A stretch of DNA of 63,583 bases, the filler included, from Reticulomyxa filosa (Eukaryota > Protista > Foraminifera), in the NCBI GenBank assembly GCA_000512085.1. It is 17 parts of 17 records of this genome, joined end to end, with 100 filler letters (N's around TTAATTAATTAA, not from the genome) between each part and the next. Parts side by side here need not be neighbours in the genome. Positions count along the whole stretch, not along the records: positions 11,349 to 16,251 come from ASPP01003436.1; positions 16,352 to 20,904 come from ASPP01021866.1; positions 21,005 to 25,834 come from ASPP01037180.1; positions 25,935 to 29,278 come from ASPP01023044.1; 13 more parts are not named here. The stretch is one strand, 5' to 3'. The notes under the pieces were generated by a model that had not been told where the DNA came from, made no database searches, and worked only from the letters and a program-made list of their open reading frames with translations. Made by a program: the position numbers and the translations under genes. Of this stretch, positions 12,375 to 25,968 are shown piece after piece (positions within the stretch are counted from its first letter, which is position 1; each line of letters opens with the position of its first letter).

Positions 12375-12575
12375 TGGTGCAAAAAAATTTGGCTGACGCA
12401 CAGAATTGACTAATGCACCAATTTGGCTGACACATAAAATATCTAATGCACAAAAGTTTGACTAGTGCACAAAAATTTTGCTTATGCACAAATATCTAAT
12501 GCACAAAAATTTCTTCTAACTGATCAAATGTTTCGCTCCCGTTTTTTAAGTTAATGCATTAGTCAAAAAATGTTC
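12375..12575 (+). repeat. Degenerate ~17-20 bp tandem array (aaatttgRctaatgcac), about 8 units plus one inverted unit
   Basis: Units tttggctgacgcac, ttgactaatgcac, tttggctgacacat, atctaatgcac, tttgactagtgcac, ttgcttatgcac; inverted tgcattagtcaaa at about 12555. Confidence 0.7.
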
Positions 12576-14443
12576 AAATTTTTATGACTTATTTGTCAAT
12601 TATGGTCCTTGCATAAAAAAAAAAGATTTTTTTAAATTTTCTCAAAATTGCTTACGACTAGCTGTACACATACAACGCCTTTTCCTTTTTATCAAATCTT
12701 CAAAAAAAAAAAGTGTTACCATGACGCATACTTCTTCAACAGAAGCACTTTTCGGGCTTCAAAAAAAAATCTGTACATTTTTGAACTAGTGTACAATAAA
12801 AACTGTCTTAAAAAATATTTTTTGTCGATGATAGAAAACAATTTGCAAAATAATTTTGCAAAGTATGTCTAAAAAAAAATAAATTTGTTTTTTGTCTGGT
12901 CAAGTACTTTAATAAAAAAATAATGTGACAGAAACACGAAAACGATTTACGTATTTACAACTTCTACCAATAATAGGAAAAAGATATACATAAGCACATT
13001 ATGCAAACACAAAAAAAAGATCATGCGGACAAACACGAAAGGCTATACTTGCTTGACTCAAAAAAAGTTTGTAAAAAAAATTTGAGCGAAAGCAGAAAAT
13101 GAATAATTTTTGTGTCAGAATTGGTCAATGTACAATCAACAAAATGCATCCGATCATCAACTCTATTTGATGGAAATACTTGTACATTATCTTTTCTGTA
13201 TGAAATTTTTTTATTACTTTTTCAAATTTGATATGCAGACACTGATGATTTGGTTTTATAAATCATTCTTCACTTGAAGAAAAATAATAATGAAGATTTA
13301 TATACATTTAGGTGACAATATTGTTGTCATTTATCAACGTGTAAAGCTCCAAGGAACATGAGCCAAAACTTAGGGATCGACATTGCCTTGCTTGTAAAGT
13401 TGAATGAGACATAGTCTGTTTTAATCAGACACATTTAACTTGAACCTGCTGTTGTTGAAAATGTACTTTTCCATAAGCAACTTGAACTTGGTATTAGGCA
13501 TGAGCGTGTTATTGAACATGATTTCGGACTGCGTCATGTTGCTAATGGTATAGCAACCGTTTGAGTACTCAAGTGTTGCCAAGCCGATAGTGAAAGATAC
13601 TTGCTTCAGATACTCAAAGATGAAACAGATAAAGTACAAAGCACTTTTGGCAGATATCACCAAAAAAAACAAGAATATTCACTCTTTTTATTGCAAGGAG
13701 CAAACAAATCTGTCATTTTAAACGCAATTTTGGAAAATGATTTGTCAAAAATGATTAAAATGACCTAAGATCAATAAAATAATTGTTCAGTCGTGATTTA
13801 GTTCAAAAGAAATGAATCCAATTAATTTGTTGTGTTTTTATTTTCAAAGAATTTCAATATAAGAATATTTTTACAAAATAGTCGTAATGATTCTCTTTCA
13901 AAAATACCATGAAAAATAATAAAGTAAACCCACAATTTTCTTGGTACAGTTCAAAGTAAGGACCTGTTCTCTCCGGATGTTGTTTGGTTCTGAGCAGGCA
14001 ATGGGTGAAAATACTCAGAGACCACCATAAGAATCCGTAACATGTACCCACAAAGTTCATCTACTCAAAAAGGACGTCTGTGAGGTAGTATAAAACGTTA
14101 CTATTTCTTTGTCATACAAAATTTCGTGACATTTTTTCTTCAAATCATTCTTTGTCGTAGCAATTGTATACATTTTGTATTAAGAGAAATGCCTCCCTTA
14201 CATCAGGTCCAAACAAGCACTAGAATAAGAATCTATACGATTTGTGCTTATAAGCCCCACATTTTACGTTGTGTTGAGAGGTAGAGAGCTACTTGTTAAC
14301 AATTATTTTTGCACATTAGAAATGCCAGAAATTCTTCAAAATGAATATGTTTAAAAGAAATCTGTTTTTTTTTTATGAACAATTTTTAATTTTGATTAAA
14401 AAAGAAAATGCATTTTATGATGATTGCTCATCAAGTGGATATG

Positions 14444-15200
14444 TCAACGTGGATTCAAGCCATAGTAGATTCCATATTTGAATTCAATGACAAAAGTGGA
14501 ACGATGTCTAGATAATACCGGTTTAACGCAATGAGCCGAAGTGATCGGAAAAACGACAAAATCTCCTTTGTGCCAATCCAATGTTTTTCGAAAGGCATAA
14601 AAATCTGAATCTTTGGGAGGAGCATCGCTCATTCCTTGTTCTTGAATTTCAGAATTAAATAAATGTTGAGAATGCATAAATTCAAGTTCTTCTCCAGTAA
14701 AATCAACATTAGGCTCACTTAACATAATTACCATTGTAAGTACAGTTCCTCCAACGTCCACATGCCAACCAAGTGAATTTCCAACAGTATAATTAATAAT
14801 CTCAATTGTTTTTGCATGCAGGCTATCATTCCAATGCAATTAAAATAATTATATTTACATTCAGTCACTTGTTGTACCAAACGTCGAATTGTAGAATACA
14901 AATCTTCACGAATACAATTATTCATATAAAGTACTTTATGTAAAACCTTTTCTGCTTTTCTTCATCTATATTCTTATTTTCTTCTTCTTTTATCTTTTCA
15001 GATATACCATATTCAACACCAAAATATCTACTGTCTTCTAACACTTCTACTTGATTTTGTACCGATTCACTTCGACAAAATTTGGTCGCTAAGTAGGTCT
15101 TTAAACTCCTTTGAAGCAAACACTTCCCTTCCATGAATATAGGTTGGAAAACCAAGGAAGGAAGAGGGTCTTGTGAAGCTGAGACAAAAACAACAGCCAA
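14444..15200 (-). CDS. 2OG-Fe(II) oxygenase (prolyl-hydroxylase-like), possibly frameshifted or pseudogenic
   Basis: INYTVGNSLGWHVD (HxD), KGDFVVFPITSAHCVKPVLSRHR (distal H and 2OG-binding R). Upstream frames at 14728-14925 and 14922-15200 are discontinuous. Confidence 0.8.
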
Positions 15201-16919
15201 AACAAAGAGACCTTTTGCAAAAAAAAAAGGTTGCTTTCATTACAAAATTATCATCAATAATTCACACATCCAAAAATTATATACAGATGGATCCGATGCT
15301 CACACAATTTGTCTCAAAATAAATTCTTTCAATAATTTGTGAGAATTTAGTACTTGGAAAGATAGTAGTATTGAAAACTGTGTTTTTAATTGCCACTGAA
15401 ACTATTAATGATCGACGACAATATTTGGTCTCCATAAAAGGATGTCGAATATCATTTTGCACCACAATATTTTTTGAAAGATTTATAAAAAAGTATATTG
15501 TTATCGCCAACTCTTTTGATATCAAACATGTTATTTTCATAATAGAGCATCATTATATTTATAAACAATTCGTCTGTCTTTTAACCTGTTCGATGGTTGA
15601 ATCCAAATTACTTAAGTTTCTTTAGTTTTATAATTTATACTTTCATTTTCTATTGCGATACCTAAAACAAATACTTTAAATACTAAATCTGACAATATTG
15701 TCGAAATACTTTTTTTAAAAAAATTCTTAATTTTGATAATTCATTTGAAACGTTTTAAACATACTATCAATCTGAATACTTCATACACTTGTATTTTCAA
15801 CGTTTTAGTTTCAATCGGTGTTTTTTCATTAATAATGATATTCATATGTTATCAGAGTGATTTCAGATTAATGTACTTGGCTATTCGTGTCCAAAAAACA
15901 ACAAGATTTTTTTTATTTCGATCTTTCTTGGAAAAAAAAACTTTTTAGAGTCGACAAGAGTTTTTTTGTATTTGTTTAGCGTTTATGAAAAAATTGTTTT
16001 TAAATTCCTGTTTGTGTGGGTACACTAACAAATGAAAACGAAATATTTTCATAATAATGTTATCATATTCAATACATTAACTCTTGTCTAATCGATGAAT
16101 TAACCTTATTGACACCAAAGATAATAATATGTGACGACTCAGTAAATACAGTATCCCCTAAAGCCAATCTTTATAATAATTTTTTTTTTATATAAGATAC
16201 TTATCAAATTAATCAATTGCTCTTCGTTGTTTAATCATCAAATGTTAAATANNNNNNNNNNNNNNNNNNNNNNNNNNNNNNNNNNNNNNNNNNNNTTAAT
16301 TAATTAANNNNNNNNNNNNNNNNNNNNNNNNNNNNNNNNNNNNNNNNNNNNTGGAAGCAACAATCATTTGTTATTTATCACTTTTTTTGATAATGATATT
16401 AGTGTGTTTAATTTGAACACATTTCAAATTTATTAAACATGACAAATTACCAACTGAGGATTTTATTAGCTGTCATTGCTTTGTATCAAAGTCAAAAAAT
16501 AGACAAGAAATAATAAAAATAAATAGAAAATAATCAGATTATATGTTTTGTGCAAAGACGGGATTATCAATAGAATATGTGAAAATAACAACACTTTTCT
16601 TTCGTCAACTACATGTTTGTGGTGTTTGCACCGTTCAATCATTATGCATATGTGCGTCAATAATATCATCTTACTTTTTGATAGATGGAATAATGATGAA
16701 TGCGCTGTTTTAAAATCTGTGCATAAATGGTCAATTAAAGAAGATAAATGGATAATATTTGAAAACATTTAATGAAAAAGTACAATATTCATTTAATTCT
16801 GACAGTTGTGTTTTAAGAAAAGTAATTTATTCTATTGCAAACTGAACGCTTAAAACAAGCATATTAATCAGTAGGGAAAAACACTTCCTCAAAAAGTATC
16901 ACATTTGAAAAAATGGCTA

Positions 16920-18295
16920 TTATCCCCAAATACAAATTGGACCATTATACGAACCATAACACAGCTTAACATCACATCTACGATCATTTTTGTTTTTTGT
17001 ATTCTCTTTTAATTGAAAAAATTTAAGACACATTATTTCGTTGTGAGCTTTAATCACATGAGCTTCACTCTTATTTGATCGAATATCCCAAAATCGAATT
17101 GTACAATCTCTTGATCCAGAACATATCACATTTGAACAACCACCAACTTCGATATTATTTACTACAAATGGTGAGTATTCAACAGCCCATACGTCATTTG
17201 TGTGTCCATCGAACACTTGAATTTGTTGACCAGATCGAGTATCCCACAAACGGACACTTTTATCTTCTGATCCGGATAATATTATATTTGAACCACCATT
17301 AATTCCTAATTCATTTGATCCATATTTTACGCTCATCACTATCATTTCATGTCCTTTAAATACAACCATTTGTTTGGTTGTTTCAATATCCCATATTCGA
17401 ATGGTTTTATCCCATGATCCAGAACAAATAGTATACCCATTACCGCCAATTATGCCAATATTATTCTTTTTATTATTATTGTTATTATTGCTTTGCAGTG
17501 GTGAAATAGCCACACACCAAACACCACTTTTATGTTTATTGAAAGCATGTAATGATTTTGATGTTTCAACATCCCATAAACGAATTGTATCGTCTCCAGA
17601 TCCCGAACACAAATATCTGCCGCCATTAAATGGTGAAAATTCAATACCACCAATCCATCCATTGTGTCCATCGAATACCTGTAATTGTTGATTATTTTTA
17701 AAGTCCCAAAAAAAATAGTTCTATCTTCTGATGAAGAACAAATGACACTACGACGATGATTATAATAATGATACGGTGAAAATTTCACACAATATGCCCA
17801 GTTGAAAAGATGACTGAATTGTTGAATTTGTTTGCTAGTTCCAACATCCCACACACGAATTGTTTTATCAAATGATCCAGAACAAATTACTTGGCTATCA
17901 CCAAATGTCGAAACATCGATACTGTACACAAGATTCATGTGTTCAGTGAATACATTGAGTAGCTTCGATGATTCACGAAATGTATCAAGCATGAAGAAAC
18001 TATTTGTCTGCGAAAACAGTTTTTATGAAATAGCAATAAATAAATACTTATCATCGAATAAACAAAAATAAACTCAACGTATTCAGCAATAAGTCTGTCA
18101 AAATCATGGATCCATCCTAGTTTGATGCTTAATATTCTAACCCAATATCTAATAATTAATTCAATTTCTTCTTCTGGCAGATTTTTCTGAAATTACAATC
18201 AAGTCTTAAAAGATAACTTTTTCTGAAGAACATGTTGAAATGAAACTTACCGCTGGCCGTGTTGTTAGTCCTTTTTTACTGAGAGAAGTTCCCAT
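16920..18295 (-). CDS. WD40-repeat protein with N-terminal GWI-module exon; exons 18251-18295, 18079-18186, 16920-18007
   Basis: MGTSLSKK... start; exon 2 KNLPEEEIELIIRYWVRILSIKLGWIHDFDRLIAEY; WD repeats CSGSxDxTIRxWD. Single frameshift in an 8-nt homopolymer at about 17710. Confidence 0.9.
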
Positions 18296-21099
18296 TTTTT
18301 CAACTTCTATTGTTTTTCTCTTGGAGATTATGTCAATTTTTTTCTGTCCAAAAAGGGGCTTACGATATTATACAACTTTTGCTGTATTATAAATTTTTAT
18401 ATCAAAAGTTAACATTTCGTTTTTATTTCTGAATTATATAAAGTACTATGCAAAAGTTTTTGTTTTCATTTCATTAAGAATTCAAATGTTCAATAGACAT
18501 ACAAAATACTGTGACATGTGTAATAATGAATAATACTTTGATCAATGTATTATCTTAGGCATTTATGTTTTAATTTTAAATTGTAACTCCATATTTTATT
18601 TATCTAAAAAAACGATGATTAATAAATTTTCTTTGGGACTGAGCTATTAAAAAACTTGATTTTGTCAAATGCAAGCTGATTGGCATGAAAGAAATATGTT
18701 ATTTTCATTGGCTGGAAAAAATTATTTCATCCAAGACGTCAAATTATCCACAATATATATGATCCAATGACAACGAAAAAAGTATATCCAAAATAAAATG
18801 CTGGCTTTGTTTGTTTGGTAATGGGTTATTAATATTGGTATGCTCAAATAATAAACGTGCATGAATATTACGTGTGCATTATGTAATTTCTCAGGAAGAT
18901 AATTAAAGTGTGGTTTCAATCCAAGAAAAAAAGAAATTTTTAATGTTCACTTCTTTTTTTAAAAAACACACTTTAAACTTTTCAAACAATTTGAATATCT
19001 ATTCGCAAAGAATAATCAGGATATAGTTTTAAATTTTCATTAATAATTAAAGAAGAATAATTTGGCATGTTTCAATATTGATTCATGATTACTGATCGAT
19101 CCATATGTTAAAGCAATTACATGATCATTCATAATGAAGTTAGATAATGGATATAAATATTCTTTTGGAATATAATGCTCACTTTTGATTTTTACATTCT
19201 AGAGTATATTCTATGCAAAAGATACATAGATTTCCATTGAATATTCACACGCCATTAACTCTTTCTTGTGTAAGACTATTTCATTCTTCAATAAAAAGTG
19301 CAATAATGCAAAGTAAGCAAATTGGTAATCTTTCATATTCAAAACAATATGAATATGCAAATAAAAATGTAGAAAAGAGTTAAAGGGATATACCATAACC
19401 GATCAAAATTTGAAAAAATGAGAATAATTTTGGAAGAGAGATTGTGTAAAGCATCTATTGCTTTTTCCAAAATCCGTGACATAACTGTTGGGCGTTTCAA
19501 TCCTTTTCTTTGAAACATTCACTAATCATCCATACTATATTAAATATGACGTTTAAAATTAAAATGAAAAGAAAAGTTGATGCATCATTGGATGAGTTTA
19601 TAATAATATAGAAGGCATTTTGCTTCCTTTTGTGCCATTCTGGGCTTAGGATATTATTTCATTAAGTGCAATCTAAAAATTTTTTACTTTTTTTGTTTCA
19701 ATTTATCGTTATGCTTTTGTGTGAGAAAGTTCGAAGAAATCTTTATGTTCATAATTAAAGTACGCCAGTTTTCATTTGCAACAACATATAATTGAATGGT
19801 CAATGAAATATTTTGGAATTTCAGTTTGATTTTTTTAGATTAGAATTGACTTGAAAAAGAGTACGAAGGATTAAGTGAAGGCAGTTCAATCAAAACAATA
19901 TCTAATCCTCAAATTTAAATGAGCAAATCTTTGATTTTTCTTGTATGGATGGATTGTCATAATTACTATAAACTATCCTAATGATAACAACCGAAAATGA
20001 TATGTTTTGTTGGAGAAGAGAATTGTTTGTTCTTTTAAAAAACAGCAGTAAATTTTTTAACTCCATTATGCAAAGCAGCCTCAGTTGCCAACATTACTAC
20101 GTATTGCCCAATATGTTAAACTGTTTCAATGCATTTTTTAATAAAAAATCTTAGAAACGCCATAATTTGAAACATTTGTGTATAATGAAAGTATCATTCT
20201 GTGCTATTGTTTGAAAATTTTCATTAATGAATTTTTTGGAAAGATTTTTACTTTAAAAAAATACGTAAAAAGTTTATCAAATATTAATATTGTTATTTAA
20301 AAAAAAGTGTAACTGATAAACAGTAATAAAATCATTACTCTATTTTTAAGTTTCAGATTTAAATGATATTATCACACTAAAAAATATTATCAGTTATAAA
20401 TAAAATTCAATGTACTTTTTGTCAATTAAATTCATGTTTTATGTTAAAAATATCATTTACAAACTTTTATATTTCGATCGATGCTTGAAATTTTTAATTA
20501 ATTAATAAAATTGAGACAAACAATGATTAAATAAATAAATAGTCAATGCACATAAAAAAGCACTTTTTTAATTTAAAAATTCGTTTACAGATAAATGTTT
20601 TTAAAATTAAATGATATTTGCTACAAAGACATTATTGAAGAATACTAAATCCAATAACATTAAAAACTTTTGCTTAATATTCTTTTATCAAATCTCTTTC
20701 AAAAAGAAAATTTGATTTTGTGATATCTGTAATAAATAAGTTTATTGGATATACGTATTTATAACTAGGTGTGACATTTGTTTATTTTAATGTGCTACAA
20801 GACTTTGACATACACTTAATGATATTTTCAACTCAACCTAAAACGGACTCACTACAATAATTGTTTCTTTCTGATCTGTGGATATTTATGCATAATGATG
20901 TTTTNNNNNNNNNNNNNNNNNNNNNNNNNNNNNNNNNNNNNNNNNNNNTTAATTAATTAANNNNNNNNNNNNNNNNNNNNNNNNNNNNNNNNNNNNNNNN
21001 NNNNCAATCCTACACCAATAAGAACAGCAATAAGTAAAAAAAGTTGGTATTTTTTTAGCTATTTTATTTTATTTTATTATTTGTTAAAAAAAAAAAAAC

Positions 21100-21960
21100 T
21101 TTTTGCGCAAATCATCCAGCTTTTGTTGTGCTCCAAAAGCAGCTTTGAAATATCGCATTTGATTGAAGTTCATGTCGGTGAAGTTATCCATGAAGCGGTT
21201 GTCATGGGTCAAACGAGGGAACTAGTACAAGTCGTGTTGGGGCGACATGTAAGACGGGGGCAAATATATTAGGTTGCATTCGATGCATTTGTCCAACTCC
21301 GTCAAAATAGTATTGTTTTTGCCGCTGCAACTGCCCGTGGGATTATGATTTTTGTTTTCATTCGTTTCTCCGTGTTTTCGAGCAAGGTTGATTACTGCTG
21401 CCACCACCACTGCTATTGCCATTTCCACTACCATTCACATTGCTATTACTTTTATCACTGTCCGTCGTTGACGAGTCTGCACCACTTGCTTCATTACTTT
21501 CGTCTGTCAATTGTCCTGCAATGTACGGAAGTTGGCTCTTCGTGTTCACTATCTCTTCATCCTCGATCCTCGCTCTTCTTCTTCTTGTAAATCCGCCACT
21601 CGTGCGCGCTTGTTGGCACAAATGGCTTGCTATTCGAACTCCGTTGTCCGTTGCTCGATCCCATTGTCAAATGCGCGTTCGAATGGTACCATTTCCCGTG
21701 TGATTCACACTCGCTCGGTAAATCGTTTCGTTATTGTAATAATTTAAATATATCAATGGCTCTTTGCCACTTTCACTGTTTCCATTTTTTTTTCCCACAC
21801 CACGCATTACTCAAATCAGCCAAAAAAAATTAGAACCTTACACACAACCCATCTTCACGACATACGCCTTTTTTTGTTTTTAACTTCAGCATATGATCTG
21901 ACATATTTGGCAAAGCCTTCTATGTTTGCTTTCTCGCTTCTTTCTTTTGTTCACTTTTCA
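21100..21960 (-). pseudogene. Disrupted gene for a low-complexity hypothetical protein
   Basis: GC-richer coding-like segments (...DSSTTDSDKSNSNVNGSGNG..., DNRFMDNFTDMNFNQMRYFKAAF) broken by stops and frameshifts. Confidence 0.4.
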
Positions 21961-22711
21961 ATATGATAAAATATAAATAATCAAATTTTTTGTTCAAACA
22001 ACATGATCCAATATCAAAAAAAAAGGAAAATAGCACTGTTAAAACTTTTCCTCCATTTTCTTACGCTTAATCCAAAAAAAGCACGTATTCAGTCTCTTTA
22101 GTTTGAATTCATTTCTTTCTTAAATTTAAAGGTCTTATTTGTAAGGTTATATATTGTTATTTTGAAAATAGACCAAATAAAATAAATTTTTTCTTTAAAG
22201 TATCCCGTCTTGTTTATCACTGCATAGTCGTCTACAATTTTTTGTGTGGCATGTCTTCAATGAAATTGATTAAATTTATCATGACATAAAAAACTTCAAT
22301 TTCTATTAGTAGTATCATTGGCTGTGATAAGCCAAAATGTTCGGAATAGCAACAGTGATCAATCCCACTAAATCTGGGCCTGTCCAATTTTTGAAATCAA
22401 CATAAAGAAGATTGAAAGGCTGTACGAACAGAAAATAACTGACGTTGTGGTTGATTAACTGAAAGAAGAATACTATTTTCTCATCAAGAAACTATACTAA
22501 TTTTTAAGTTTAAAAAAATGACAAAAATAACCAATTTTACATTTGAAAAATGCTATACACTTACCAATTTCTTAATTGTCATTGTTGAGCTTTTTAAAAT
22601 GTACAAAAATGAATTGAAAACTGTGAGAAGATTAATTAATAAATACTTATGTTAAATTCTTGATTATAGTTTCAACAACCCTTTTTGAACAGCTTTTGAA
22701 AAAATAAAAAA

Positions 22712-23884
22712 TTATCCCCATAATCTGATTGTTCCATCAGAAGAAGAAGAAATAATAGTTCTTCCATCTGGTGAAAAATCTAATCCTGTAATACGTCTTG
22801 TATGTCCTTCTAATTTGATAATTTCATCCCCTGATTTTGCATCCCATAATCGAATAGTTTTATCAGTTGAACCTGATGCAATAATATCACTATCTGGTGA
22901 AAATTTTGCAGAAACAACCCAACCAGTATGTCCTTCTAATTTATTAAGTTCTTTTCCAGATTTAATATCCCATATTCGAATAGTTTTATCTGCAGAATAA
23001 GATAAAATAGTTTTTTCATCAGGTGAAAATTCTGCTCCAAGTACACTATTTGAATGTCCAACAAATTGTTGAATTTGTTCATTTAATTGACCATTCCATA
23101 ATTCAATATTTGTATGTAAACATATTAAAATACTTTGTCCATTAGAAGGAATTTTGACATCCATAACTGGATAACTATGTCGTTGAGATCTATTTGTTTC
23201 CAAACCTAATTTGACATCCCATAATCTAACTGTCGTATCATAAGAAGAAGATAAAATATTTTTATTATCAAGAGAGAATTGTATTGCTGTCACTGGATTT
23301 AAATGTCCAGTTAATTTTCTTACATCTCCTGATACTAAATCCCAAATTCGAATTGTTTTATCCCATGAACAAGATGCCATTGAAAAACCATCTGCTGAAA
23401 ATTGTGCTTGTAATACTCTACTTGAATGTCCTCGAAATTTTTGAATTTCAGATTTTGTACTCATATCCCATATTCGAACTGTTTTATCTCCAGAAGATGT
23501 TACAAGTCTACTTCCATCTATTGAAAATTTTACACTTGTCACATTTCCCAAATCTTTTCCAATTATTTTTAATTGTTTGAGAAATTTTGTCTATTTAAAT
23601 TTATTATTCTTATTATTTAAAATGTTATTTTTATTTTTACAAAACAAAAAATTACTTAACATATCGAACAATAAGTTTGTTAAATTCTTCAATCCATCCC
23701 CAATTAATATCTAAATCTCGACGCCAATTTTCTAATATTGCTCTTATCTCATTTTCTGTCTATTTTTTTTTAAAAAAAGGAATTCAAAGTTATTTTGTTA
23801 TTGTTATTTATGTTTTTTATTTTCATTTACCAAATTAATTGAATAAGATGCTACTGCTTCCTTTGAATCCACATCACTGTTCAT
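22712..23884 (-). CDS. 7-bladed WD40-repeat protein with N-terminal GWI-module exon; exons 23831-23884, 23661-23759, 22712-23590
   Basis: GT-AG phase-0 introns; exon 2 TENEIRAILENWRRDLDINWGWIEEFNKLIVRY; GH...FSPD...DKTIRIWD repeats. Confidence 0.93.
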
Positions 23885-24789
23885 TCCTCCACAAATGCCG
23901 ATTTTATGAACAGATATACGATTATTGATATTTGAAGTCCAGCTTAAATCATTACCTTTTTCAAAAAAAAGTTGTAATAAATACTGAAAATTATTTTCAT
24001 AACATCTGTCCATTTTCTGTTTTTGTGTATGTATTGATTGTGAATTTTTATTTGTTAATGTCTTATCAAACACAAACAAAGTAACCTTTGATAACAACCA
24101 ATCTTGGTTTAAGGTCATCTCGGTTTGTTTTCCTTTTGCAATGAGATAATTATTGTTTCAATAAACTTGCCTTTCAATAACTGTATTAACAATGTTTGAA
24201 AAACATTACCGTTTACCACAAACAAAAACTGTTCATGTTCTTTCCCACAAAACACTTTATTTTTGTTATTCTTGAAACAATTGGACCCCATTTGAAGCAA
24301 AAATGATGACATGAACAAAAAAAAAGATACTTGCCTTATTATTAGAAGCTCAAAGGAACGAAAATTTTCTTGGTTCTAATTTTGAGGGAAAGTTCACTTG
24401 TTTTTATTTAACAGATGAAATAAAATAACAATGAGAAAATACAAGAAAGAAGAGGATGTTAAAGATTGTAAATCTTGATTTATTTTTTAAAATTTAATTA
24501 AGTCTTTTTAAAAAGAAACAAGTTTTTTTTTTTGCTTTCAATTCTTTCTAACTTTCTTCACTTTAAAAAAATCATTCCAGATAATTTTAATAACGTAAAT
24601 TTGTTACATTCGTTGCATGTTTGTGAAAAAGTTGTTACTCTTACTTGAGGCTGTTCGAGAAATGGAAAACTCAGAAAGAGAGGAAATTATTCATCAAAAA
24701 AAGCCTCTTTTTCAGAGTATATGTAACTTTTCTAAAGTTTACTTTGATAAGATAGATAGAAAAGAGGACTGAAAGCAAAACAAAAAAAA

Positions 24790-25834
24790 TCAAACTTGGC
24801 CTCCACGCCAGTGAACAGAGATTTCATCAAACTCAGAAGGATGCGTTTGTTGCATTGCTTGAGGATCTTCAGCCCAGCAGACAAAAAGGGCAACAACAGC
24901 ACTGGCAATGACTCCTAACACCAGTGTGCACAACACATAGCCAATCAAGAATCCCAGCAACGCAAATATCCAATTCGTGTCATTGCCACTCCAGAACACC
25001 ACTGCCAATGAAAATGCGACAAATGCCGTGAACAAGCCTGCAACGATTGCTCCACATGCCAGCGCAAATCCAGACTGTTTGATTCAATCAGAAAACAAAC
25101 AAACACAAGCATTATACAAATAAATCTCGATAATAACAATAAAGAATAAATAAATAAATAGACAAAGGCATAGGTATAAATTATGAATTTAACCAAGTCA
25201 TCATTAATCCAAGCAGTTAATCCTTTGCTAGACAACAAATCCATGGTGTCACTGGCAGCAGTATGAAATCCTGATTTGTTTGTTTGTTTGTTTGGTATCA
25301 ACTTGTTTCAACATGCAATTGAAGTGTGACAGACAAATGAAAATAAATAGATGTGACATGGAGTAAAAAATGAAGTGAATGCAAAGAGTACAAACCTTTT
25401 CCATAAATGGCCACTTGAGCAAATGCATACTAAAAAAAAGGGGGGGAACAAAAAAAAAAAAAAGTCATTGCTGACACTATTTTTTTTTTTTTTTAAAAAA
25501 AGATAGCAAAACTGTATTGAAAAATCGAATCAAAGATTCCAAACAACTGAGGAGACACCCCAAAAGACACAAAAGAAGAGCATGTCTCGTGTTTTGTTGA
25601 GCCGACTTGACAAGGGCGCGAAGGGTCTGAATAATGGCCACAAGCAGAGACCCATAGCAAATGGATCCGAGTGATTTGGTCACTGCAAAGCGAAAGGAAA
25701 CCCACGTGGGGTCCTTGAAATGAGGTGAAAAGAACCACACGGCTGTGACGCCACAAGTGGTGACATGGCTAATATTCGACAGCACTTGCAGAGTCCAATA
25801 AAAGGCCAGCAGCAAGCCAATCAGTGCCAGGCCA
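24790..25834 (-). CDS. Choline transporter-like (CTL/SLC44/PNS1) protein, 3' part, multi-exon
   Basis: FYWTLQVLSNISHVTTCG, SLGSICYGSLLVAIIQTLR, YAFAQVAIYGK, INDDL and LFVCWAEDP motifs. Confidence 0.92.
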
Positions 25835-25968
25835 NNNNNNNNNNNNNNNNNNNNNNNNNNNNNNNNNNNNNNNNNNNNTTAATTAATTAANNNNNNNNNN
25901 NNNNNNNNNNNNNNNNNNNNNNNNNNNNNNNNNNAAAAAAAAAAAAAAAAAAAAGGGAGAAAACAAAG

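Noticed and set aside
12375-12510. CRISPR-like array
   Set aside because: Repeats are degenerate, there are no unique constant-length spacers or cas genes, and the context is eukaryotic.
13100-14300. Coding-like relics here and at 2392-2795, 3200-3480, 18650-20200 and 51480-51720
   Set aside because: Too decayed to assign a family by eye; they would need tBLASTx.
17700-17720. Programmed frameshifting in WD40 and other genes
   Set aside because: The break sits in a homopolymer where one extra T restores FWD, and paralogue 30308 is in frame. A sequencing error or recent mutation is more likely.
21100-21960. In-frame TAG codons suggesting stop-codon reassignment or readthrough
   Set aside because: They come with frameshifts, and intact genes here end normally in TAA, TAG or TGA. 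Pseudogenisation is simpler.
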